Positions 1 through 13,166 of a DNA stretch of 64,000 nt are shown one piece after another. This stretch comes from Octopus sinensis. Its lineage: Eukaryota. The first letter of the stretch is position 1. Each line of letters starts with the position of its first letter. The notes under the pieces were generated by a model that saw only the letters and a program-made list of their open reading frames with translations, ran no database searches and was not told the origin of the DNA. The position numbers were made by a program, and so were the translations under genes. The DNA lies in NCBI RefSeq assembly GCF_006345805.1, contig NC_043017.1:22196001-22260000 (forward strand). Reading direction: 5' to 3'.

Positions 1-1173
1 CCCTCTTATAGCCATTGTCTACCCCATGGAATTGGTCCTATCTAAAGACATCAGAATCTAAGTTTGAATCATTTGAGCACTAGTATGTGTCTTCTATACC
101 GAGAATCTCTGGATCTCATCCTTGATAAATATATACTTTATAATGCTTTTACATTTGGTTGTATTCCCAATTCATAACCAGAAAAAAATGATGCATTTTG
201 TAGGAGTAGCCTTAGGTTTCAAATATCCTAGTACTGTCACTGAGTGGCAATTATTAAATAATTCATATGTTTGGAATTTATATAATATCTGACTGTTATT
301 ATTATTGATTTTTATTAAATTTCTTGCAGAAAAGTTATATATTCTAATAGATCATTTGATATCATCTCTCCATCTTTGCAAAACTTCAATAGAATTTTTA
401 TTTCGTAATATCATTTAAATTATACCTCAAAGACAGCTGCTGATATTTATGAAACCATCATCAGATACAACTGTCCCCTAGCAACAGCTTCTCTTATGTT
501 CTAAACATAGAAAATCATTCAAGCATCAAAGAAAACCATTTAAACAAAGCTCTGTGAATATCATTTCCTAAATTCCATTTCATCATCAAATTTGCTTTTT
601 GTTTTCTTCTTCCTCTTTAAATTTTTTTTTTATTAACGAATCTCACAATGGTGAAGAATGAAAGAAGTTCGCTTAAAAACACAGGAAATAAAAATAAAAT
701 ATAATTATGAAAATAAAATAAAACAGAATATTTGTATATCAATCAAAGGACCGAAATTTTCTGAATTAGAAGGAATAATACAGACGTTTGGTAATTAATT
801 AATAGTCAATAATATATTTTACGGCTTGTATTTTTCTTCATTAACACTGAAACACTGTAGTGCATATGAAAATATGAATGTATTAATTACAATCAGTATC
901 AACATCATCATCATAGTTTTAATGTCTTAATTATCCCTAATGGCATGTGTGTGTGTGTGTTGCGGGTATGTAGTGCAGAAATTCACAGCTCATTTTGATT
1001 CAGTCTCGTATCTTTTGTCAGGTCTTGCTTTTTACAGGCGTCACCCAATGGTTCTCAACAATATCTCACTCAGATGTCCTCTACATTGTGTTCCATTCCA
1101 TGTAAATAATAACCAGGGCCTTCTTAGCAGCATTACAGACCCCTTGGCAAACCAATGTACTGTTCCCCTGTAG

Positions 1174-1392
1174 CAGTGCTTTTCAACCTTTTTGCTGGAG
1201 CGGAACCCCAAGGAAACATTCCACTGGCTTGAGGAACCCCTGTGCAATAATTTAATAGTCTTATGCACACATATCTGCACAGGAGAATTAAAAATTACTG
1301 CCGATTTTAGCAGTTTTGTAACTTCTTGCGGAACCCCTGGACTGTACTGGCGGAACCCTAAGGTTCCGCAGAAACCTGGTTGAAAACCACTG
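1174..1392. mobile_element. hAT (Charlie/MER5-like) MITE
   Basis: TIRs CAGTGCTTTTCAACC / GGTTGAAAACCACTG; 8-bp TSD ccctgtag (1166-1173) / ccctatag (1393-1400); internal GGAACCCC motifs. Confidence 0.85.
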
Positions 1393-1904
1393 CCCTATAG
1401 TATTTATGAATTGACAGGAAATCATGGTATGTATAGACTAGGATTGGGACCCAAAACCCAGAGCTAGATTAACCATTTTGCTAAATTAAGCACGTGCATA
1501 GGGCATCAAAGGAAATGGGGAGGGGGGGCCAACTGAAATGGTAAATGGTTTACAGCACAAAAGAAATCACTTAACACTCCCTAAACTAATATTCTAAGGG
1601 GTTTATATGATTGGAAATAAAATTTCAAAGTATTCACTGTCATAGTGCAGATCCAATCAAAAACCTTGCAATTAAAAACAGTCGAAGAAAACTTTTCCAA
1701 TATAATTAAAGTGGAAGTATAGAAAAGTAAATGGCGCACATAGCGGTGATATAAAGGGACCCCTCTTCCCTTTTAGAATTTTTTTTTAATAAAATCCCAC
1801 GTTTTTGGCTATGGAGATTCTGATTCTGATAAAACTATTTCAAAAATCACAACTTCGAAAATTCAATTTCCCCCCATTCAACCATTTCTGCATTTTTCAC
1901 TTTT

Positions 1905-2073
1905 CAGTGACCTGAATAATAATAATAACAACGTCGGAAAATACTTTAGGAATGAGAACCCAGGTTCAAAATTTCTCCAAGACACCTGATGAAGGCTGAA
2001 GAGTATATCAGCCAAAATGTTGTGTTAACAATGAACAAGATGAGGACAAATATCCGTCAATTGTAAATAATGT
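1905..2073 (+). mobile_element. 5'-truncated copy of the HHR-bearing SINE, with a decayed HHR at 1981-2026
   Basis: Aligns by eye to the reverse complement of 25367-25570. Reads GACAC-CTGATGA-A-GGCTG..CAGCC-AAAATGTT-GTGTT, i.e. GAAACGTT altered by two CpG transitions. Confidence 0.75.
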
Positions 2074-2259
2074 TAATAGTGTACATCTATGTAGGCAATA
2101 AGTCTGTCTAAAGACATTTCCAAGAATCGATATATTAAGAGAGAAACAACTTGGTATCATGTTATCTGTCTACAGAGATTGTTTCTTGTTGGTTAAATAT
2201 TTTCTCAATGAAATAAATAAATATGACACAAAACTGGTGTAGAATAAACCTTGTTTTAT

Positions 2260-2890
2260 GAGAAAGAGACAGAAGACTAACATTTTGGAAAGGTAGAACT
2301 TTTTAGAGAGAGAAAGAAAGAAAAAGATAGAGGTGGGAGGAAGATGAAATAATAAGTGGTGATGCTTGATAGATTAGAATTAGAGAGAGAGAGAGAGAGA
2401 GAGAGATTAAGTGAAAGAAAAGGTGTGAGAGAGTGGGGTGAAATGAATTGCCAACTAGTAATGCAGGATAAATGAATTAACATTACAGAGGGGGTGGAGT
2501 GAGAGACAGCCAGGTGGGGTGGGGTAAGAGAGAGAGAATGAATGATTGAAAGAATGAGAGAGGGAGAGAAAGAAGGAAAGAGTGAGAGAGAGAGAAACAG
2601 AGAGAGAGAGCAAGAAAAGGAAAGCGTAAGGGAGAGAGAAAAAGAGGAGAGTGCAAAAGAGAGAGAGAGAGAGAAGTAAGGAGAGAATGAGAGAAGGCAG
2701 AGAGGGAGGGAGAGAGATAGAATGAGAGAAAGATGGCATGAGAGAGAAGGTGAGAGGAAGAGAAGATAAGAGAGAGGAGGTAGAGAGGAAGAGAGGGCAA
2801 GAGCTGAGGAGAGAGCAAAAGGGGAGGGAGAGAAAGAGAGGGGGGAGAGAAATTTAGAGGAGCAAAGGGAAAAAAGAAAGTAAGAAGTAT
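2260..2890. repeat. GA-rich polypurine low-complexity tract
   Basis: (GA)n and GGAGA-rich sequence. Confidence 0.9.
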
Positions 2891-3229
2891 TGAGTAACAA
2901 AAGCCTTGTGGCAACAGAGGCCCTAATCCTCTCACTAACGCCTTCCCTCCCTCCCTCTTCCTCCCTGCCTGAAATGTTGTGCTTCACTTCTCCTTCACAT
3001 CATAAAATTTGTTATTCCACTATTACAATAATTTGTATTACTATTTGCCAACACACACATACACCAACCACTATTTTCTTCACATTTCTACTGTTTTACT
3101 AAATAATTACAACGAAACTGTACAACAGTACTTCGATTTTTATCAGCACACAAATATTTTTTTCAATATTAATGTAAAATTGATAATAATCTATCATACA
3201 CCACTCTTTCTCTCCCTATATCTATCTAC

Positions 3230-3237
3230 TGTATATT

Positions 3238-3268
<31 letters not shown>

Positions 3269-3700
3269 ATTATATAATTATATATATATATAATAATTAT
3301 ATAATTATATATATATATAATTATATAATATATATTATATTATTATAATCGATAATTATATATATATATATATAATTATATAATTATATATATATATATA
3401 ATTAATAATTATATATATATATATAATTATATAATATATATATATATATCTACTTATATATTATATATATATATATATTATATAATTATATATATATATA
3501 TATAATTATATATATATATATAATTATATAATTTATATATATAACATATATAAATTATATATATATAATATAATTAATATATATATATATATAATAATTA
3601 TATATATATATATATATTTATAATTTATATATTATATATATATAAGTATTTATTATATTCATATATATAAAATATAATTATATATATATATATATATAAT

Positions 3701-3732
<32 letters not shown>

Positions 3733-4251
3733 ATTATATATAATTATATCTATATATATATATAATTAGTATATATATATATATAATTATTATATATTAT
3801 ATTATAATTATATATATAGATATATATATAATTATATCTATATATATATATAATTATATATATATATATATATATTAATTATATATATATATCTATATAA
3901 TTATATATATATATATATATATAATTATATAATATACTATATATTATAATAATTATATATATATATATATTAATTATATATATATATATATAAATTACTA
4001 TATATATATATTATATATATTTATATAATATAATAATATATATATATATATAATATATATATATATATATAATTATATATATATTATATATATATATATA
4101 TATATAATATATATCTATATATATATTATAATTATATATATATTCTAATATATATAATTATATATTATATATATATATATATATATAAATATATTATATA
4201 ATATATATATCTAATTTATATATATATATAAGGGATATAATATATCTTATA

Positions 4252-4284
<33 letters not shown>

Positions 4285-4851
4285 CTTATCTATTATATAT
4301 ATTATGTATGTATATATATATATATCTTTTATATATATGTATATGTAATATATATATAATTATTTATTATGTGTATATATGAAGTCCACTGTCATATAAA
4401 GTAACATTAATGCAATAAAATACATCTTGTGACCCAAAACAAAATGTGTGAGGACAAATGTGAATATTCCTATATACAATTAAATCCATAAATTAATGGT
4501 TGTGCACAGATAATAAGCAAGAATTATAAATAAAAAAAAGCATGTATGCATGAGAATGTGCCTGTGTACATATATATATACACACATACATATATGCATA
4601 TATGTGTGTGTATGTGTGTGTACATATATATATGTGTATATATGTATATGTATATATGTATATATATATATATACATGCATATCTATATACATATAAACA
4701 TGCATACATATATATATACATATATATATATATGTGTATACATTGATACATATAATATGCATAGATACATTTACACATATATACATACACATAACATATA
4801 TGCCATACACATATAACATTTACATATATCTTATACATATATTTATACATA

Positions 4852-4889
<38 letters not shown>

Positions 4890-4891
4890 AG

Positions 4892-4922
<31 letters not shown>

Positions 4923-4926
4923 TATC

Positions 4927-4980
<54 letters not shown>

Positions 4981-5110
4981 TATATTATATATATATATAT
5001 ATATATATAAATGAAAACATCTATAAATATATACATGCTATAAATATATACATACATATATATGCATGAAAACATATAATATACATACACATATATAAAG
5101 CACATTCACA
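3230..5110. repeat. Long degenerate (TA)n / TACA microsatellite block
   Basis: Directly visible, with a short unique interruption at about 4380-4545. Confidence 0.95.
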
Positions 5111-6210
5111 TACACACATGCACATAAATGTTAATATACATCAGAGTGTGTGCGTGTGTGTGTGTGTGGATCAGTGTGTGTTTAAATATAGGTATTTAAG
5201 TATAGATATATATATTTAAGATAATAACAACTCCACATAAAAATAAATAAATAAATATACCACATAAAAATTTATTTAAAAAAACAGAAAAAAATGAAAG
5301 CACTTAATCAAAAAATATAATTATTAGAAATGTGTAAGGAAAAATATATTTTTAACATATGCCTTGCGGGGAAAATATTTAACCATATAATTAATTATTT
5401 GCTTTTTTTAATGCATTTATGCACAATTTTTTTTCATTGTTCTTTATATAACAAGAAGATTAAAATTAGGGTAAATGAAAAAATTATGCATTCAACAAGT
5501 TGATTAGAGCTATTCAGAGATTATGGTAAGCATTTGGTGAAGTAAAATTCTGATGTATTGTGGGAGTAGAAGTCTTCCTTCTTAAAATGTTTAAAAGAGA
5601 TGACATTTTTCTTTCTCAACGTTCTTTTCTCTCTATCTATGTGTCTCTCTTTCTCTCATACATACATACACATATACACACACATACACACACACCAATA
5701 ATCCAACAAGTACTGTAGCTATCATTAATGACATCACCGTGGCTTGCTTTTCCCTGAACTCACAAATTGCGTTATTAGTTATCAAAAATTAAATTTCTTT
5801 CTCGGTGTGTGTATGCCTATGTATGCTAACACACACGTATGTGTGTGTGTGGTGTGTGTGTATGCATGTGTATTTATACATATATACAAAGATACTTGTG
5901 TATATATAGACATACACACAAATATATATATAATATCTACACACATATTACATATATATATGTATAATGCAAATGCATAGAACCATATATACAAATATGC
6001 ATATATAATGTGTGTGTGTGCATTTATCTATCTATCTATCTATATATAGATATATATATATATATATATATTATATATCTATATATATATATATAATGTA
6101 TGTATATATAGTGTGTGTGTATGTATATACATATGAATGGAGAGAGAGAGAGAGAGTAGGAGAGATACATGTGTAGTCTCTTTTTACTATTATCAGGGTT
6201 GTTATATATG

Positions 6211-6256
<46 letters not shown>

Positions 6257-6477
6257 GTATATATATATTATATATATAAATATGCATGCACACACACACA
6301 CACAATGAACTTGCCCTTTTCTCCCTTCACAGAATTTATTATTTAAATCTGATGTAAAAGAGGAATAAAATCTCCAGTAAATAAACAAACAGAATACTAA
6401 GTTAATGTTATGGCTTTGGGGGCCGATAAGAGTTGTTTTCTGGTTTTTCCTGTTTTTGTCTTTGTATAGGTTTAAGT

Positions 6478-6531
<54 letters not shown>

Positions 6532-6916
6532 TACATACATACATACATACATACATACATACATACATACATACATACATACACATGTGGACAGACCTTC
6601 ATTTCATAACAAAGGAAAAAATACTTGAAATCTCGATAAACATTATTTGAATCTCTCCCTCTCTTGCTCACACACACACACTCTCTCTCTCTCTCTCTCT
6701 CTCTGGTTACATCACTTCAGAATTAAGTACTCCTACTGACATCTTCTATTCTTTGTGTACGCAAACCCAAGAGACAGACAGACAAACGGGCATGCAGGAA
6801 TGTGGACAGAACTTACTAAATCACTAATGATACACACCACACACAGTTATCATAATGTTTTTGTTGAAGAACTTCAGTTTTTAAGCAAACCTATTGTTAA
6901 GAGCAAAAATTACATA

Positions 6917-7327
6917 GGTGCAGGTATGGCTGTGTGGTAAGAAGCTTGCTTCCCAACCACAAGGTTATGGGTTCAGCCCCATTGCATGGCTCCTTGAACA
7001 AGTATCTTCTACTATAGCCTTCGGCCCACCAAAGCTTTGTGAGTGGTTTTGGTAGATGGAAACTGTAAGAAGCCTGTTGTATATATATATATATATATAC
7101 ATATATGTGTGTGTGTGTCTTTGTGTCTGTGTTTTTCCCACATTACTGCTTGACAACTGGTGTTGGTGTGTTTACATCCCCATAGTGGTTTGAGAAACGT
7201 GACCAATAGAATAAGTACTAGGCTTAAAAAATAAGCCCTGGTTTCATTTCGTTTGACTAAAACCTTCAAGGTAATGCTCCAGCATGGCCACTGTCAAATT
7301 ACTGAAACAAGAAAAAGAATAAAGGAA
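6917..7327 (+). mobile_element. tRNA-headed SINE family A, diverged copy
   Basis: Matches 11130-11547 in head, internal TA/TG tract and 3' CAGCATGGCC..GAAACAAG. Confidence 0.8.
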
Positions 7328-8184
7328 TATGTCATCAGAAGAGTTGGGATATAACATATCATAACATACCTAGCCCTTAACAGGCCCCTTCATGCTGTTG
7401 AGATTGGTGTGGGTTTTGTTCAGTTTGGACCTTTTTAGGTTTGTACATGGAGGAAAAAAATTTTGGCAAAATTTGGGTTGGAGTTTTATAAATTCTCTGC
7501 CTCATGGTTTCCCCTGTGGGAAAAATTTTGCTAACAATCAAATAAGAAACTGCCCACTGATGAAGTTTAAAAACACACATGAAAATATTGTTTAAGGCCT
7601 AAAACCCAAATAGTAATTTGATTAAATTCATATATTAGAGCTACCATGTTATCTTAAAAATAAAATTTGGCTATCTTAAAAGTAGCATGTTAGCACACGA
7701 ATGTCACTTGCACAGAATGAACATTAACAAAAATACCATTCATCACAGTAATATAAACTGAACTTATGATTTGCTTTTGAGTATCTTGAAGTTCTTTCCT
7801 TTAACCAGATCCATGCACCCACCCACTGAATGGGTTCCTGCCTATATTTTTACATAAAAAAGCATAGTATTTCTTTACAGAACGTGTATTATGTATTATC
7901 GTTGTAATTAGGACAGTGAATTCTGTTTCATAGATACTAGCCTTAATAAATAGTTAACAACATATATTTACATTTATCTAAAAAAGTACTTTTTTACTCT
8001 CTTTTATTTAACTGTACCACAAACACTCACACACACACACATTTTCCTACCATAAATCACTGACACCCACCTGGATGAAATAACTGGGAGTTAAGCATTG
8101 GGGTTGGTGCAATCAACAGAAAGAAATAGATATTGAAATATTAGACGTTTAAAATATATATATATATATATATGGAAATTGTAG

Positions 8185-8552
8185 TTACGCTATACCTGTG
8201 CCGGCAGCACGTAAAAAGCACCATCCGAACGTGGCCGATGCCAGCGTTGCATTGACTGGCTTCTGTGCCAGTGCACATGACCTGCTGTGCTTGAGGAGAC
8301 CTATTGAGTCAAGTACATCAACATCAAAATAAATATCAAATGGTAATTGTAGTTGTGATACCCGTGCTGGTGGCACGTAAAAAGCACCCACTACACTCAT
8401 GGAGTGGTTGGTGTTAGGAAGGGCATCCAGCCGTAGAAACTCTGCCAGATCAGACTGGAGCCTGATGCAGCCTTCTAGCTTCCCAGACCCCAGTCGAACC
8501 GTCCAACCCGTGCTAGCACGGAAAACAGACGTTAAACGATCATGATGATGAT
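8185..8552 (+). mobile_element. Family D: RTE-LINE 3' UTR fragment with (GAT)n tail
   Basis: AAAAGCACCCACTACACTC..GGAAGGGCATCCAGCCGTAGAAAC..GTTAAACGATCATGATG; homologous to 50870-51370, which is contiguous with RTE coding sequence. Confidence 0.75.
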
Positions 8553-8677
8553 AATATATATATATATATATAATCAAAAGGGTAATAATATAGATTACTA
8601 CCAGTGGCCCAGCACAAAAGATGAATTAGTCATTAGACAAAATATTATTCATATAGAAAAATATTATTCATGTAGAA

Positions 8678-8832
8678 ATATAATTAAGGGCTCTTAAATA
8701 AGGATGCCAAGTACTAGGGACACAAAAAAGGAGATAAATTTATCGAGAGTTTGATTTTCACTCTCGATAAATTTATCCCCTTTTTTGTGTCCCTAGCACT
8801 TGGCATCCTTATTTAGGAGCCCTTAATTATAT
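8678..8832. repeat. Fold-back palindrome (~72-bp arms, 9-nt loop) in a (TA)n tract
   Basis: taattaagggctc..tatcgagagt / actctcgata..gagcccttaatta, 3 mismatches. Confidence 0.9.
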
Positions 8833-9718
8833 ATATATATATATATATATAAGGGGCTTCCACACAGTTTCTGTTTACTAAATTCAGTCATTGATTGGCT
8901 CAGGGCTATTGTAGGAGAGACTTGCCCAACATGCTGTGCACTGGGACTGAACCGAAATCCACACGGCTGCAATGCAAGCTTCTTAAATACAAATTCTAAA
9001 GAATAGAATTCCAACTAAATGATTGTGAAAATGAATTTGTAATTAGTAATTTCCTTCTCATCCAGTTTTATTGATTTCCTTAAAGAGTCGATTGATAAAT
9101 TTTCTACCTGAATACTATAACTCAACACTTTTAATTGAACAGAATCTTCTCCAGAAGCTGTTGGTGTTTTCCATAACATAATCTGATAAATGCCAGCTTA
9201 TAATTAACATATCATGCATTATGTAAATGAATAATTAATGTAAGTGGTTAATTAACTCATTTTGAATAATCAACTGATCTATTTGTTCAACATATTTCAC
9301 ACACGACTAAACATTTTATATAAACTGACCAACTACAATCAGCTTCATTAAGTGATATGATAATTTATTTGATAAACCGTATATGTGAAGACAGAAAGCT
9401 AGTTTTCAAGATCACTCTAATCCACTCTGTTTAATTCACTCTATAGTAATGACACTAACCTTGATTAACCAGGAACTGATTAATTAGATAAAGAATAATT
9501 TTAAAATCTTCCAATCAGATAGTAGCTGACAGGATTTTTAAGTCTTAAGTATGCACATAGGCACAGGCATGGCTATAAGTTTGCTTCACAACCACATAGT
9601 TTCAGGTTTAGTTCTACTGCATGGTACTTTGGGGTACTTTGGGGTACTTTGGGGTGTCTTCTAAAACCTCAGGACAACTAAATCTTTGAGAGTGGTAGAA
9701 ACTGAAAAAAAAAGCCCA

Positions 9719-9754
<36 letters not shown>

Positions 9755-9758
<4 letters not shown>

Positions 9759-10093
9759 CAACAATTGGAAGGTGTTTGCAGCGTGGAAGGTGTTTGCAGC
9801 GTGGAAGGTGTTTGTAAGCCATTTAAGAAACACACAAAGCCGTTCGATTCACACTTCAACATTTAAGTTTAATTTGTCAAAATATTTTCGTCGCTTTAAG
9901 ACCACGACCTGTTCACTGACAAAAATCCGTGCTGCAAGGATTTTTGTCAGTGAACAGGTCGTGGTCTTAAAGTGACAAAAATATTTTGACAAATTAAACT
10001 TAAATGTTGAAGTGGAATCGAACGGCTTTTGTGTGTTTCTTAAATGGCTTACAAACACCTTCCACGCTGCAAACACCTTCCAATTGTTGTATA
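9755..10093. mobile_element. Fold-back element (~155-175-bp arms) in (TA)n with an HHR-like motif in each arm; likely PLE-derived
   Basis: Near-perfect inverted repeat centred at 9929-9937; the left arm has one extra 18-bp GGAAGGTGTTTGCAGCGT unit. Confidence 0.75.
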
Positions 10094-10450
10094 ATATATT
10101 ATATATATACTATATATATATATATAAGTAGATAAATGGTACAACAAGGCACCCACATTTACGGAAATAGCAATCGAATATAATACGACGCTATTGTAGA
10201 GCTTCACTGCATTATTATTTCCATATATATATATATTTGTTTTGCAAGATTTTTGATGTGAAATTGTGTGTTGAAACAGATATTGTTGTATTTAGGAATG
10301 GTCAGGAGTGTGACAAAAGAACTCTGGCTGAAATAAGATTAAGATGAATGTAAAAAATAAATAACGCTGAAGCATAGTAATACCAAATATATAGTGCGTG
10401 TGTTTTTATTGGCTAACTGGCAAAATGACCATTCCTAAATACAATAAAAT

Positions 10451-10834
10451 ATAATAAATCTCTGAGCGAGGTATACTTCACAATGTTGTGCAGCTACTGT
10501 TTATACCTCGCTCAGAGATTTATTATTGCTTGCTTACACTTTTTTGAGATCAGTGACTTTTCATCACTGGAAAAAGGATATATTTGCATTGGGAACGACT
10601 TCACATCGACAACCAGTGATTGTCACATGCTGATGATGGGTCAATACCCAGAAACTCGGGTCCATGTGTGTCACATCTAGTTGGAAATGGGAAAGATGTC
10701 TCCCCTTTGCAAATACTGATGGGGCACAGAAAGCATGTCAATAGCCAGCTGGAGGAGGTGTCCTCCTGGGGCTACAAGCTACAGTAGCATCCACCCTTAA
10801 GGGTTAGCCACATTTAAGTGGCAAATATACTTCA
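10451..10834 (+). mobile_element. Retrozyme/PLE pLTR-like non-autonomous element
   Basis: 25-bp perfect inverted repeat 10451-10475 / 10502-10526; terminal redundancy TATACTTCA at 10472 and 10826; intact HHR; second copy at 19411-19725. Confidence 0.7.
10624..10668 (+). ncRNA. Type I hammerhead ribozyme
   Basis: Stem I CACATG/CATGTG, core CTGATGA, stem II TGGGT-caat-ACCCA, GAAA, short stem III AC-tcgg-GT, cleavage triplet GTC (predicted cut after 10662). Confidence 0.85.
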
Positions 10835-11129
10835 TGATAAATATATATATAACAATTTAATAAATAAAACATATGCACCCATACATACATGTATGTACAT
10901 ATCTACATCTATATGTATATATACATGCATATATGGGTACAGGACACCACAAAAAAATGTAGAACACAACGAGAAACAAAAACATAAAAACAAAACAAGG
11001 AAACGGACTTTTTTTAACAACAAAAAAACAGAGTACAAGACATACAACACAAGGGACATTCCCCTTCTTCAGCTGCCCCTGTTTCGACTCAATGCGTGTT
11101 TCGCATATATATATATATATATATATATA

Positions 11130-11547
11130 GGCGCAGGAGTGGCTGTGTGGTAAGTAGCTTGTTAACTAACCACATGGTTCCGGGTTCAGTCCCACTGCGT
11201 GGCATCTTGGGCAAGTGTTTTCTGCTATAGCCCCGGGCTTACCAATGCCTTGTGAGTGGATTTGGTAGACGGAAACTTAAAGAAGCCTGTCGTATATATG
11301 TATATATATATAAGTGTGTGTGTATATGTTTGTGTGTCTGTGTTTGTCCCCCTAGCATTGCTTGACAACCGATGCTGGTGTGTTTAGTCCCCGTCACTTA
11401 GCGGTTCGGCAAAAGAGGACGATAGAATACGTACTACTGGGCTTTCAAAGAATAAGTTCCGGGGTCGATTTGCTCGACTAAAGGCGGTGCTCCAGCATGG
11501 CTGCAGTCAAATGACTGAAACAAGTAAAAGAGTAAAAGAGTAAAAGA
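11130..11547 (+). mobile_element. tRNA-headed SINE family A, full length
   Basis: A-box-like TGGCTGTGTGG, B-box-like GGTTCAGTCC, internal TA/TG tract, (GTAAAAGA)n tail; more than 12 copies in the window. Confidence 0.9.
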
Positions 11548-11792
11548 TATATATATGTGTTGTGGTGAAAGCCATGACACCCCCTGTGAGAATAGACTTT
11601 ACTGAACAACTATAAATAGTAGTGGTCTGAGTGAGAGACAGACAGAACAGGTGTTAATCACAGGAATTCATAAGGTGTCATTCTGGTAGTTTGTCACAAT
11701 ATCATTTGTTGGTTCATGTGTAGTTCGTGGAGAGTTTGTTGGATTGTTACAGTGTTGTTACCCAGTTTCATTATATGTTTTATTGTTACTAT

Positions 11793-12174
11793 CCTCTTTC
11801 CTCCGTCAGTTACGACGAGAATTCCGGTTGATCCGAATCAACGGAACAGCCTGCCCGTAAAATTAACGTGTAAGTGGCTGAGCACTCCACAGACACGTGT
11901 ACCCTTAACGTAGTTCTAGGGGATATTCAGCGTGACACAGAGAGTGACAAGGCTGGCCCTTTGAAATACAGGTACAACAGAAACAGGAAGTAAGAGTGAG
12001 AGAAGGTTGTGGTGAAAGAGTACAGCAGGGATCACCACCATCCCCTGCCGGAGCCTTGTGGAGCTTTAGGTGTTTTCGCTCAATAAACACTCACAACGCC
12101 CGGTCTGGGAATCGAAACCGTGATCTTATGACTGCGAGTCCACTGCCCTAACCACTGGGCCATTGCGCCTCCAC
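11793..12174 (-). mobile_element. tRNA(Arg-like)-headed SINE family C, full length
   Basis: Head GGAGGCGCAATGGCCCAGTGGTTAG..GGTTTCGATTCC on the minus strand; 11-bp TSD attgttactat at 11782-11792 / 12175-12185. Confidence 0.85.
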
Positions 12175-13166
12175 ATTGTTACTATATAGTTATAGTGTCA
12201 AAAAGTACCGTCATAACAATTGGTGGTACAACAATATTTGTACATGGCTGTGTGGTTAAGAAGTGTGCTCTGCAGAAATGAGAGTTGAGATTCAATTCCA
12301 CTGCGTGACATCTTGGGCAAGTATCTTCTACTACAGCCTCAGTCTCACAAATGACTTATGAGTGACTTTCAAAACTTTAAGGGAGTTCACCTTATATGTG
12401 TTTTAATTAAGATAATAAAATATATTACTGATTAATTTTGGATTAAAAAAAAGTGTTTTATCATATTTGAGACTGCATTGTGTTCAAATAACAACTAATG
12501 AGACAAACTAGAAATTATATCTTGTGTGCAGTGACAATATTGCTTTGCACATTGAAGGAAGTGATAATGCCGGAAGGTATAGAAACTGTAATGAGTTTCA
12601 GTCTACAGATGATGAAGGGAATGTGTTGCCAGGCAAGCTTATATGTAAAACATAATGACTACAGTCAATCATGATTTTGATATTCACTGTTGCTGGTGAC
12701 ATTCTGGAATGCAATTGTAGCTTATATCACTATCGATGTCTTTTATTTATACAAAAGTATATGGCATTTTCTTGAATTGGAGAGAATTCTCAAGATGGCA
12801 CAAAACCCAATTGTTTATGAATTAAATCTTTCAGTTTCAGCACTCTGTGATGTTAATAGCCTAGTGGATAAGGAATTGGATTAGCTGCTCGTAAGTTATG
12901 AGCTCTAACTCACTGCATGGGGTTTTATAGTATTCCTGTGTCGAGTCTAATTCTCTGTTCTTTTATTTCACATCACTGTTAGGAATATATTCTACATCAA
13001 GCCAGGAATCTTACCAGTGACACATGATAAAAATGAAAGCTAAACAGTAGAACCTTTGGAAGCATAAACAGATTTGCTTGATTATTCTTTTTTGGTCAGA
13101 AAGCAGAGACATGTCCACTGACATCACAAGCATCCAAGTCTGGTGAGCTTAATGTGGTTCCTTTAA

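Noticed and set aside
7556-7592. CTGATGA..GAAA as a hammerhead
   Set aside because: Stem II not adjacent to GAAA and no stem I pairing; other isolated CTGATGA hits (18779, 22900, 23175) also fail to fold
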